Of a DNA stretch of 64,000 bases, positions 47,283 to 56,534 are shown piece after piece; within the stretch, counting starts at the first letter, position 1, and each line of letters begins with the position of its first letter. This DNA is from Patescibacteria group bacterium (lineage in GTDB: Bacteria > Patescibacteriota > Minisyncoccia > Ryanbacterales > GWA2-47-10b). The stretch spans positions 18,079 to 82,078 of the forward strand of contig JBBTSE010000007.1 in assembly GCA_038064855.1 (NCBI GenBank), in the 5' to 3' direction. The position numbers and the translations under genes were made by a program. Below the pieces are notes generated by a model that ran no database searches, was not told the DNA's origin, and saw only the letters and a list, made by a program, of their open reading frames with translations.

Positions 47283-49208
47283 ATGGAAGAAAGCCAAAAG
47301 ACGCGCCTTCCGCTTCTTGTCCTTACCGTTATTTTGACAGCAGTGTTTGCCATCGGGCTCCGATGGGTGTTTTTCGCGTCTCCCTCGACCGATAGCGCCT
47401 TCTTCTATTTGTATGACTATGCGGTGGGTCTTACTATGATCTTTTTGCCGTGTACGCTGCCGCTCGCGTTTGTGGTGGTACCACTCGCGATGGGCAAAGG
47501 CTATATACGAGGTATTGGTATTGCGGCCGCTTTTGCCGCGGGCGTGACGCTCACACTCAGTTTTTACGGAGCGTTGTTAGGTGCCATCGGTCAGACATTT
47601 TTGGGCAGTGCTGAGACGGCAAAAAATTGGATGTATATGTTTGCGGGCGCCATGGGGCTTTTGTTTGCATTTCATGATATTGGTTTGCGTGGGTTCAAGA
47701 TGCCAACCTACAGTGGCGCGTTTCCTGACTTTATCCAAAAACAACAAGAATTTGTAAAAGCGTTTTTACTCGGACTCTTTTTGGGCAATGTGGGCGTGGG
47801 GTGCCCCAATCCGCTTTTCAATGGTGTCATAATCCCGCAGATTTTGGTGAGCGGCAGCGCGTTTCAGGGGTGGCTCATCATGGTAGTACAGGCGCTCGGG
47901 CGCGTGACGCCACTCTTTATACTGACTTTTTATGCAATTTTGGGCGTAAACGCCACCGGATTTTTGGTAAAACACCGCACCAAAGTCGAGAAATCAACTG
48001 GTTGGGCAATGATCTTTATCGCGGGTTTTCTCTTTACCCTCGGTACTTTTACTCATGATTGGTATGTCTATTCAGGCATTCATACATACCTAGAGAGCGT
48101 GACGCAAGAGGAGGCGATTACGACCATTTTAGGGTCAAATATAGGCAAACTCGGCCATGCGCATGAAGCTCCTCCCCCCGGTAATCTATGGATTGGGAGT
48201 TATATAATGGTGACTATTTGGCTTGTGCCGTTTGTCTGGCTTTGGTTACGCAAGCGCCGCGAGGCATATGCGGCACCTGAGGCGGAGCGAGATCATAAGA
48301 TACACGACTCGCGTACCTATCTCAGTTTTATCGTTTGGCTTGCAGTCGGTCTTTATACGCTTTTTGGATGGGTACTACCGCACAATTTCCAATTTCATAC
48401 GAAGCATATGGATATGGCGACAGTTTTCAATAGCAGTGTGAATACTGATCCTATCATGTCTAAGCCGGGCGAGATGACAAAGATATCAATTGCGCTCAAA
48501 GATGAAAAAGGTTTGCCCCTTCAAGATCTCAAAGAAGAGCACGAGCGTTTGATACATGTCATCATTGTCTCCGAAGATTTGAAGACCTTTATGCATGTTC
48601 ACCCTGATGATTTTGGACCAATCACCGACGAGATGCGCGCCAAGGGAGAGTTTCCGATATATGTTACATTCCCAAGGGCCGGTACCTATTCACTCGCGAC
48701 CGGATTTTCGCATAAAAATCACGAGGGCACCGTGCGCAATACTATAACTGTTGTAGGTGGCAAGCCAGAACCAGTAGCGATTGTAAAAAATATCATGCGC
48801 GAAGAAAAGTTCAAAGGATTCGCTGTCAGTCTCAAGACAAATCCAGATCAAATCCAGTCAGGCGTGCCCGCACACCTCGAATATACGATGACTGACGATA
48901 GCGGTAAGCCAGTGGGCGATATGGTCTCATATCTCGGCGCGCCCATGCATCTGGCTATTTGGAGCTATGACCTTGGCTATTTCCTCCATACACACGGTGA
49001 AGTACCGGGCTATGGTCACCAGGTGCCCGCAGATGCGTCATTTGGTCCTATGATCGATGCACATACCGCTTTCCCGTATCCGGGGCTTTATCGTGTATTT
49101 GCGCAGTTCTCGCGTGATGGCGATGTTTACACCACTACCTTTGATATCGCGGTTACCCAAGGACCCGAAGGTGCCACCATGATGGAGGCAGGTGCGCATA
49201 ACCACTAA
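47283..49208 (+). CDS. CcdA/DsbD-beta-like membrane domain fused to His-rich metal-binding Ig-like domains
   Basis: FLPCTLP and GVGCP Cys pair in the TM region; two C-terminal repeats (HERLIH...MHVHP; GAPMH...LHTHG...GLYRVFAQF). Confidence 0.82.
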   Translation: MEESQKTRLPLLVLTVILTAVFAIGLRWVFFASPSTDSAFFYLYDYAVGLTMIFLPCTLPLAFVVVPLAMGKGYIRGIGIAAAFAAGVTLTLSFYGALLGAIGQTFLGSAETAKNWMYMFAGAMGLLFAFHDIGLRGFKMPTYSGAFPDFIQKQQEFVKAFLLGLFLGNVGVGCPNPLFNGVIIPQILVSGSAFQGWLIMVVQALGRVTPLFILTFYAILGVNATGFLVKHRTKVEKSTGWAMIFIAGFLFTLGTFTHDWYVYSGIHTYLESVTQEEAITTILGSNIGKLGHAHEAPPPGNLWIGSYIMVTIWLVPFVWLWLRKRREAYAAPEAERDHKIHDSRTYLSFIVWLAVGLYTLFGWVLPHNFQFHTKHMDMATVFNSSVNTDPIMSKPGEMTKISIALKDEKGLPLQDLKEEHERLIHVIIVSEDLKTFMHVHPDDFGPITDEMRAKGEFPIYVTFPRAGTYSLATGFSHKNHEGTVRNTITVVGGKPEPVAIVKNIMREEKFKGFAVSLKTNPDQIQSGVPAHLEYTMTDDSGKPVGDMVSYLGAPMHLAIWSYDLGYFLHTHGEVPGYGHQVPADASFGPMIDAHTAFPYPGLYRVFAQFSRDGDVYTTTFDIAVTQGPEGATMMEAGAHNH

Positions 49209-49213
49209 TTTTT

Positions 49214-49393
49214 ATGGATATTTTCGGAATACTTTGGGCGGCATCGCTTTTGTTTTTTATAGTAGGCCCGTCACTTGCTGGCATTGCATTTCGTAAAAAG
49301 AAAATAACACTCGTGCAGGCGTTGATCGCAGGTCTTTTAGCGCTCACTATATCTGCAGCATTAATCTGGTCACTTATCGTATTTAGTGTTTAG
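49214..49393 (+). CDS. Small two-TM protein, 59 aa
   Basis: Manual translation MDIFGILWAASLLFFIVGPSLAGIAFRKKKITLVQALIAGLLALTISAALIWSLIVFSV; fills the gap exactly. Confidence 0.65.
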   Translation: MDIFGILWAASLLFFIVGPSLAGIAFRKKKITLVQALIAGLLALTISAALIWSLIVFSV

Positions 49394-49401
49394 AATGGCA
49401 T

Positions 49402-50160
49402 ATGCCTGGATTTGAAGGACGCCCCACCCTCGGTTTCCATCTTGAACAAAAGCCCGAGATACGACCTCAATACAAAGCAGAACTCAAGGCGCTTTTACGC
49501 TTGGAGCAAGCTTTGCGTCATCCAGAAATGCCTGATGCCGTGCGTGGTTTTGAGGGGATTAAGGTAGGCAACGCGATTTTGAAAGAAAAAGGAGTATCAG
49601 GCGTGCTGATAGGCGGCCTTGCCGAGGCCGTATGGCGCTCTGCGAGGCCGCAGGATCTCGCGCGTCGCAAAGATACCGATATTTTGGTACTGACTCCAGA
49701 TGCCGAGCTTGAAGATTTTGAAGGCGGTATTGACTGGTGGACGCGTAAAGAAGAGCATCTTGAAGTGAGTGGTGAGTTTGGTAAGAGCACAGGACCCATT
49801 AGATGGTGGGAAAATGCCAATGGAATCGTGCTCGGTTTTCGTCCCGAGGTGACCGGTGAGCTCGAGTCAGGTCTTTATGTATTGTCTCCCGAAGAGGTCA
49901 TCTCGATGCGTCTCAATGAAACGACAGCTCAACTTGGCAATGCCGATGTAGAGCAGGAGTCACTCGCGCTTTTTGAGACAGCAATACTAAAGCGTCTTGG
50001 TAGGCAGCTCATGGTGCCAGAGGTTGCTGATGCCGTTGGGGGTAGAATCTTATCGCAAGGACACGGGTATCGTAAAGCTCAAGATACCGAAATAAAAAGC
50101 TTCCGTATGCCTACTGCAGACTACGGAGCTATCAAAAAGTTTAAAGAAGGAAGCGAGTAG
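49402..50160 (+). CDS. Hypothetical protein, nucleotidyltransferase-like
   Basis: VLIGGLA...KDTDILV (GG...DxD). Confidence 0.55.
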   Translation: MPGFEGRPTLGFHLEQKPEIRPQYKAELKALLRLEQALRHPEMPDAVRGFEGIKVGNAILKEKGVSGVLIGGLAEAVWRSARPQDLARRKDTDILVLTPDAELEDFEGGIDWWTRKEEHLEVSGEFGKSTGPIRWWENANGIVLGFRPEVTGELESGLYVLSPEEVISMRLNETTAQLGNADVEQESLALFETAILKRLGRQLMVPEVADAVGGRILSQGHGYRKAQDTEIKSFRMPTADYGAIKKFKEGSE

Positions 50161-50163
50161 GGG

Positions 50164-50382
50164 CTACTTTGCTGTAGCTGAATAGCCGAGCTCGGAGACC
50201 GATTTTTGGATTTGCTCTACGGTCACTTTTGAATCATCAAACTCTACTTCACCTGATTTGGTGTCCCAGCTCACTGAGGCGTTTTGAATACCGTCTTGGG
50301 TTGAAAGGACCATTTGGATACCCGCCGCACATGAGCCACAATGCATACCACCTACATCAAATTGTTTTTTTACGATTGCCAT
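50164..50382 (-). CDS. copZ: Copper chaperone (HMA domain)
   Basis: GMHCGSC...LGY, adjacent to copA. Confidence 0.9.
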   Translation of the reverse strand: MAIVKKQFDVGGMHCGSCAAGIQMVLSTQDGIQNASVSWDTKSGEVEFDDSKVTVEQIQKSVSELGYSATAK

Positions 50383-50396
50383 ATAGAGTTATGGTA

Positions 50397-52796
50397 CTAC
50401 GCCGTTTTTTCTCGTGCAATCTTGGGTTCACGAAAGTATTTCAGAAGTAAAGAGTTGCCTACTACCGATACCGAGCTAAACGCCATAGCAAAGCCGGCAT
50501 ATTCAGGTTTGAGAAAGGCATTAAACGCACTCTTGCCCCATGGGAGACTGGCGACAAAGGCAGGATAATTTTGCCCGATATAGAAGAGAAGACCTGCCGC
50601 CAGCGGAATACCCACGATGTTATAAATAAACGCCCAGAAAAGATTTTGCCAAATCTTGCGAATCGTTTTGCGTGAGAGATCGAGCGCTGTGACAATATCA
50701 CGCAAGTCATCTTTGATCAGCACAATACTACCAGTCTCGATTGCCACATCAGTACCGGAGCCGACAGCGATGCCCACCTCGGCTTGTGCGAGAGCGGGGG
50801 AGTCGTTCACTCCGTCACCAACCATAGCTACTTTCTTCCCTTGGCGCTGGAGTTCTTTGATCACTTCTTCTTTTTTCTCTGGTAATACTTTTGCCATGAC
50901 GCGATCAATACCCACCATCTTGGCGATGGCTTCTGCGGTTTTTTGGTTATCACCTGTGATCATGATGATTTCAAGACCGCGTTTTTTGAGCTCGGCAATA
51001 GTTTCCTTGGCGTGTTCTTTGAGCGTATCAGCCATAGCGAGAACTCCTATCAGCTTACCGTCGTAGGCGATAAAGACGGCGGTCTTCGCTTCGTCCTGCA
51101 GGCGATCCAAGTCTTTCTCGCCCGCGATATAATCAATGTTCATCGATTTCATCATTTCGTCATTGCCGACGAGAACTACCTTACCTTCATAAAGAGCTGA
51201 AACTCCTTTGCCTGAAACGTTTTTGAACTCTTTGGGTTCCGGGGGGTTCAAATCTTTGGCGGCTTTCACTACCGCTTGGGCGAGCGGATGTTCTGATCCG
51301 CGCTCAGCAGTTGCCGCAATCTTAAGCACCTCATCGCGTGACATCCCGCCCATGGGAACTACATCAGTAACTGATAGCTCACCTTTTGTGAGCGTACCTG
51401 TTTTATCAAATGCTATAGCATTGAGCGAGCGGGTTTTTTCGAGCGCCTCACCACCTTTGAGGAGTACGCCAAACTCGGCACCACGCCCCGTACCTACCAT
51501 GATGGCGGTTGGCGTCGCCAGACCCATCGCGCACGGACACGAGATCACAAGCACAGAGACAGCGGCCAAGAGTGCGACAGCAATAATCTTGCCCGCGATG
51601 TAATACCAATAGAAGAATGACAAGAGTGCAATGACTACTATAGTAGGTACAAAGTATTCAGATACCCTGTCAGTAAAGTCTTGGATAGGAGCACGAGCGC
51701 TTTGCGCCTCTTCTACCATCTTTACGATCTGATGAAGGAGTGTATCTTTACCTACTTTGGATGCGCGGCATTTGAGGAGCCCGTAGCTATTTACAGTTGC
51801 TCCGATGACCTGATCGCCAGCTTTTTTATTGACGGGGATTGACTCTCCGGTGATGATTTTCTCGTCGATAGCCGTCTCACCCTCAATAACTAAGCCATCA
51901 GTAGCTACTTTTTCACCCGGTTTTACCAAAAATACATCGCCAATCTGGATGTCCCCAATCTTTACCGTGACTTCTTTGCCATCTCGGATGACGATAGCGT
52001 CTTGAGGGGCGAGTTTTAAGAGTTTGCGGATAGCGCTCGATGCCTGACCTTTGGCTCGGGCTTCAAAGTAGCGGCCAAGAATAAGAAACGATATGAGTGC
52101 GGCAGAAGATTCCCAATACGGGTGGCTCAATCCTTGCCATAGTTGTTGGTAAAAGAATGAGTCAGGGCTAAGTTTGAATGTCATCGAGAAGAAAAATCCA
52201 AATGCCGACAGAAGATACGCGGTAGTGGTTCCCAATACCACGAGTACATCCATATTGGTCGATCCTACGCGTAGCGCGGTAAAGGCGTTGCGGTAGAATG
52301 GCCATGCCACAAAAAACTGGATGGGTGTGGTCATGATGAGGTATACCCAATTGAGATCTATGAAGGTGCCATTGGTGCACGCGCCATCGATAACTTTGAT
52401 GATCGCATCACCACCGGCGCAAAGTGCATGGCCGTGTTGGAGATTGAGCATATGCACCGCCATATAGTAGAGAATAATGGGGGTAGCGAGCAGAAACGAA
52501 ATAATCGTGCGATTACGCAGGTGCAGTATCTCTGCCAAGCGGTGTTTTTCTACTTCTTCCTCTTCGAGGGCGCCCTCTTTGGGTACGATAAGCCCATAGC
52601 CCAGTTTTTTGAGAAGGCCCCGTATTGCCTCGAGTGTGATGGTGGTGGGGTCATATTCGACGATGAGGCGCTCTGAGCTGTAGTTTGCGTTTGCCTTGGT
52701 GACGCCCTTTTGCGCTGAAAGAATTTTATTGATGAGTACTTGGCAGTTTGCGCAGTGCATGCCCTGTACTCGATAACTTTGACGAATGGTTGCCAT
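50397..52796 (-). CDS. copA: Cu(I)-translocating P1B-type ATPase
   Basis: GMHCANC, TGES, CPC, DKTGTLT, SEHP, GDGVND, YN and MxxSS. Confidence 0.97.
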   Translation of the reverse strand: MATIRQSYRVQGMHCANCQVLINKILSAQKGVTKANANYSSERLIVEYDPTTITLEAIRGLLKKLGYGLIVPKEGALEEEEVEKHRLAEILHLRNRTIISFLLATPIILYYMAVHMLNLQHGHALCAGGDAIIKVIDGACTNGTFIDLNWVYLIMTTPIQFFVAWPFYRNAFTALRVGSTNMDVLVVLGTTTAYLLSAFGFFFSMTFKLSPDSFFYQQLWQGLSHPYWESSAALISFLILGRYFEARAKGQASSAIRKLLKLAPQDAIVIRDGKEVTVKIGDIQIGDVFLVKPGEKVATDGLVIEGETAIDEKIITGESIPVNKKAGDQVIGATVNSYGLLKCRASKVGKDTLLHQIVKMVEEAQSARAPIQDFTDRVSEYFVPTIVVIALLSFFYWYYIAGKIIAVALLAAVSVLVISCPCAMGLATPTAIMVGTGRGAEFGVLLKGGEALEKTRSLNAIAFDKTGTLTKGELSVTDVVPMGGMSRDEVLKIAATAERGSEHPLAQAVVKAAKDLNPPEPKEFKNVSGKGVSALYEGKVVLVGNDEMMKSMNIDYIAGEKDLDRLQDEAKTAVFIAYDGKLIGVLAMADTLKEHAKETIAELKKRGLEIIMITGDNQKTAEAIAKMVGIDRVMAKVLPEKKEEVIKELQRQGKKVAMVGDGVNDSPALAQAEVGIAVGSGTDVAIETGSIVLIKDDLRDIVTALDLSRKTIRKIWQNLFWAFIYNIVGIPLAAGLLFYIGQNYPAFVASLPWGKSAFNAFLKPEYAGFAMAFSSVSVVGNSLLLKYFREPKIAREKTA

Positions 52797-52873
52797 ATAG
52801 AGTGAGAAATATGCTATAGTAATACTATTAACTCTATCTTATCACGGGAACGCAAAGCTCCCTGTGCATACAT

Positions 52874-53281
52874 ATGGGTAACAAATATATCATTTTTCTT
52901 TTATTTGGAGCGCTTTTGATTGGTAGCGGCATTGTCTACGAAAAGTATTACCGTCCGAAAGATGTTGGAGCTGTCGCGTGGGATGGTGTGACGGTACTTG
53001 AGCGCAATATGATATCACTCGCAGACAAATGGCGGTTTGAGCCCAACACGCTTGAGACTAAACGCGGAGCCAAGGTGATTTTGCATATCTATAATCAAGA
53101 TATCTATGATCATGGCATCGGCATTGATAACTTCGCCGTCAATGAACGCCTTTTCCCCAAGAGTACGACAACCGTGACATTTATTGCTTCAGAAAAAGGG
53201 GAGTTTCAATTTTATTGCTCGGTCGCTTGTGGCGATGGTCATTATGACCAAATAGGCAAGCTCATCGTCCACGAGGAGTAG
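52874..53281 (+). CDS. Membrane-anchored cupredoxin (CuA-like ligands)
   Basis: DIYDHG...FYCSVACGDGH. Confidence 0.88.
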   Translation: MGNKYIIFLLFGALLIGSGIVYEKYYRPKDVGAVAWDGVTVLERNMISLADKWRFEPNTLETKRGAKVILHIYNQDIYDHGIGIDNFAVNERLFPKSTTTVTFIASEKGEFQFYCSVACGDGHYDQIGKLIVHEE

Positions 53282-53678
53282 GACGATCGTTACCCAACAG
53301 AAATACCGCAAAGCCAGCGGCGGCAAGCCCCACATCACGGTAGAGATCAGGAGTCAGTTTAAGTCCTTTAAAGTTTACATACGCTACAAAAATAGTGGTT
53401 ATCATACCGCCCGCAAGAAAGCCAGCAAGACGCACCTGAATACCGGTGATGAGCGCGAGCGCTATGAGTGCTTCTAAAATACCTGTATAAAAATTGAGAG
53501 GCCGTGAGAGCTCACGCCCTATGCCAAAGAGTTGTTCGATCTCGGCGGCTCCTTGCCCTGCGCTTGCTGGTGTAAGTTTATGAATCGCAAAAAGTATAAA
53601 AACAACGGCAAGCCCAAGCCGTAGAATGATGGGTGCAAGCCATGAGAGTTTTCTACCAATATTGTTAAACCGTTCCAT
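53262..53678 (-). CDS. DoxX family membrane protein
   Basis: ILRLGLAVVF...HKL, GILE, RLAG, RDVGL. Confidence 0.85.
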   Translation of the reverse strand: MERFNNIGRKLSWLAPIILRLGLAVVFILFAIHKLTPASAGQGAAEIEQLFGIGRELSRPLNFYTGILEALIALALITGIQVRLAGFLAGGMITTIFVAYVNFKGLKLTPDLYRDVGLAAAGFAVFLLGNDRPTPRGR

Positions 53679-53765
53679 AAGAGTAAGTATATATGGAAAA
53701 TCACTGTATATCGTGTGGATAAGATATGCATAGCTTGTGGAGTGCACTCACCCTAAAATAGACGC

Positions 53766-54281
53766 ATGTCATGGCGTTTTATCGCAATGAGTACTCTTGT
53801 TTTTGGTCTCGCACATGTTGCTTTTGTGTACGCAGGACCACGAGAAGTTTTTTTGGCGAGCGAGCTCAAGTTCATTGATTTTCAAAGTCCTGCGCCTGAA
53901 TACACGATTGGAGCTGATGTGCGCAGTAAGCTCAAAGACCACTTTAGTTCAACATATAATCGAATATTGGCAACCAATATTCGTTTTGAACATGAAGCGG
54001 GGCGCGTTGAACGGGCGATCGCCGCGCGTGAACTTATGGGTGATGCTCAGCAATTAAGAACGAAGCTCGCGCACGCGCGTACGCGTCTTGCCGAAAGTCG
54101 AGCGGCGCTTAGTAGCATCAAGGGTGATTTTGAAAATATTTTTATCTTTGATCTACAGGCAACACCGCGTACGCGGATGGGTAGGATGCGCGGTCGATTT
54201 GAAAAGGAAGTAGCAATCCCGATGCGGGGCGCGCATACAATGCTGATGGGTGTAGTACTCAAACTCAAGGAGATCCAATGA
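53766..54281 (+). CDS. Exported helical hypothetical protein
   Basis: Signal-like N-terminus (VYA-G), helical body. Confidence 0.6.
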   Translation: MSWRFIAMSTLVFGLAHVAFVYAGPREVFLASELKFIDFQSPAPEYTIGADVRSKLKDHFSSTYNRILATNIRFEHEAGRVERAIAARELMGDAQQLRTKLAHARTRLAESRAALSSIKGDFENIFIFDLQATPRTRMGRMRGRFEKEVAIPMRGAHTMLMGVVLKLKEIQ

Positions 54282-54568
54282 TTTCGCGTATCAAGCATCA
54301 CTTATCTATAGTAACTATCGTGCTTGTCTCGGCGCTTACGACCTTTAGTGTGCTTTGGATGCGCGATGTGGTACGGATAGTAGAGCCGACGACAAATGCC
54401 GCAGCATCTGAGATGCCACAAATGATATATGATCCAGTAATCGAACAGACGCTTTCATCGGGCGATTCTATCGATCCAGATGCTATCGAAAGAGATTTGC
54501 GTGCCATTGAGCTTCACACGGCCGGTGAAGGATTAGCGGATATTCAGGTATTACTAGGAAATCAATAA
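54278..54568 (+). CDS. Small membrane-anchored hypothetical protein
   Basis: ATGA overlap; N-terminal TM; acidic C-terminal SGDSID..AIERDL. Confidence 0.6.
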   Translation: MISRIKHHLSIVTIVLVSALTTFSVLWMRDVVRIVEPTTNAAASEMPQMIYDPVIEQTLSSGDSIDPDAIERDLRAIELHTAGEGLADIQVLLGNQ

Positions 54569-55464
54569 TGATCTGGCCAGCTATCGCGCTTGTAGGATAT
54601 TTTTGTTCAGCACTTTCTAAAATTATTGATAAGGGTCTTTTAGCACGCACTATTCCCGATCCTCGAGTCTATACCGTATGGACGGGGATTTTAAGCAGTT
54701 TTATTATTTTGTTCGCGCCGTTCGGATTTCATCTCTTGCCGCTCAAAATCATGGGGTGGGCGTTGTTGTCGGGAGTTGCGTTTGGTATATCATTATATTG
54801 TTTTTATAGTGCGTTGCGCCGCTTTGAAGTATCGCGTGTTGTGCCGCTCTTTGTCGGTATTGCGCCATTTATCACTATCGCACTTTCGGCAAAAGTGCTG
54901 GGTGAACGGGTAGATGGCTGGAATTTTGGAGTATTCGCGCTTTTGATTTTGGGCGGCGTATTACTCGCATGGGAGGGTAGGGGGCATATGCTTTTCAGCG
55001 CACTGTTGGGTGGATGGACTCTCGCCGCCGCTTTTGCTCTTTCAGTACACTTTGTATCTGCGCGTATTGTTTTTGACGCGACGCCGTCTTTTATCAATGG
55101 GCTTATCTGGACGCGATTTGGGCTTATTCTTTTTGCACTCTCATTGATATTGTTTCCAAGTGTGCGCCGCGCGCTTAGGGGTGCCAAGCGCCCCGCGCGG
55201 CGGGGTATCGCGATCTTCGGTCTCAACAAACTTATCGGTGCGGCAGGTCTTTTTTTGATCAACTTGGCGCTTGCAAAGATATCGGTTTCCCTTGTGCATG
55301 CGTTGGGTAGTTTTGAATATTTATTCGCGTTTTTACTAGCAGGTGTTCTCTCGCATCTATTGCCACAGTATAAGGCAGAAGACTTCTCGCGTGGCGCCGC
55401 GCTCATGAAGTTGTCGGGGGTGGCGGCGCTTGGTGTAGCTTCATATTTGCTCTTTATCGCATGA
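54568..55464 (+). CDS. EamA/DMT family transporter
   Basis: About 10 TMs in two repeats; EVSRVVP...LGE. Confidence 0.85.
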   Translation: MIWPAIALVGYFCSALSKIIDKGLLARTIPDPRVYTVWTGILSSFIILFAPFGFHLLPLKIMGWALLSGVAFGISLYCFYSALRRFEVSRVVPLFVGIAPFITIALSAKVLGERVDGWNFGVFALLILGGVLLAWEGRGHMLFSALLGGWTLAAAFALSVHFVSARIVFDATPSFINGLIWTRFGLILFALSLILFPSVRRALRGAKRPARRGIAIFGLNKLIGAAGLFLINLALAKISVSLVHALGSFEYLFAFLLAGVLSHLLPQYKAEDFSRGAALMKLSGVAALGVASYLLFIA

Positions 55465-56477
55465 GGTATCAGAAAAAAAAGCATCGCCGAATACTGCGCA
55501 TGTTAGTTGGGGTGGTGCTGTTTGTTTGTTTGGTAGTGGGCGTTTTGGTTTTACGCATACCTGTACAAGAGCCGCGCATATGGGGGGTGACATTCTCACA
55601 TATTTACGCCCGTTCTATGGGGCTTTCATGGATTGAGACTTATGAGGCGGTGTTGCAAGATTTGGGTGTGCGGCATCTGCGTATACCGGTGTATTGGCCC
55701 GAAGTCGAGCATCAGCGGGATCAATGGTCTTTTGATGATTATGATTATATGTTGGCGCGTGCGGGCGATATGGACGCAAAGGTTATCATGGCGATTGGTC
55801 GCAAGGTACCGCGTTGGCCGGAGTGTCATGAGGCGCCGTGGACCTACGGCATGCCCGATATAGAAAAAGACGAGTTTCTGTTGCGCTATATGCGTATGGC
55901 GGTCGAGCGTTATCGAAGCTTCCCGCAGGTAGTGGCGTGGCAAGTTGAGAATGAGCCTTTTTTGCCATTTGGCGTTTGTCCGCCGTTTCGCAAAGAATTT
56001 CTTGATCGCGAGATAGCACTCGTGCGCGAGCTCGATCCATCACGACCTATCATGATTACCGATTCGGGAGAGCTTTCCATGTGGGTGCCGGCCATGTCGC
56101 GCGCGGATATTTTTGGTACGACTATGTACCGTACTATCTATAATGGGCGCATTGGCTATATCACTTATCCTTTGCCGCCGTCATTTTTCCGTCTGAAGCG
56201 CGCGGCAGCGGAGCTTTTTGCAGGCAAGAGGCAGGGGGTTGTTATCGAACTACAAGCAGAGCCGTGGGGGCCTGGAGATGCTCAACATTTTACGCGTGAG
56301 GAGCGCGAGAAATCTTTTGGCGACGATGACTTACCGGCCATGACTGCCTATGCCACTAAAACAGGATTCGATACTTTTTATTTCTGGGGGGTTGAATTTT
56401 GGTACTCACTCAAAACAAAGGGTGAACCAGAGCTTTGGGAAGATGCGCGCACACTTTTCCATGAAAGTCACAAATAA
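55461..56477 (+). CDS. Membrane-anchored clan GH-A glycoside hydrolase (GH5/GH42-like)
   Basis: LRIPVYW, WQVENEP (acid/base), VIELQAEPW (nucleophile), FWG. Confidence 0.85.
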   Translation: MRYQKKKHRRILRMLVGVVLFVCLVVGVLVLRIPVQEPRIWGVTFSHIYARSMGLSWIETYEAVLQDLGVRHLRIPVYWPEVEHQRDQWSFDDYDYMLARAGDMDAKVIMAIGRKVPRWPECHEAPWTYGMPDIEKDEFLLRYMRMAVERYRSFPQVVAWQVENEPFLPFGVCPPFRKEFLDREIALVRELDPSRPIMITDSGELSMWVPAMSRADIFGTTMYRTIYNGRIGYITYPLPPSFFRLKRAAAELFAGKRQGVVIELQAEPWGPGDAQHFTREEREKSFGDDDLPAMTAYATKTGFDTFYFWGVEFWYSLKTKGEPELWEDARTLFHESHK

Positions 56478-56534
56478 GGTTTTGGGTCGTTATACCTTAT
56501 GAATCAATCATTATTAGGTTTAGTAAACTAGAGT

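Noticed and set aside
53714-53722. Perfect DnaA box (near matches at ~30530 and ~35844-35862) as a replication origin
   Set aside because: Boxes are isolated, with no cluster, unwinding element or dnaA/dnaN context
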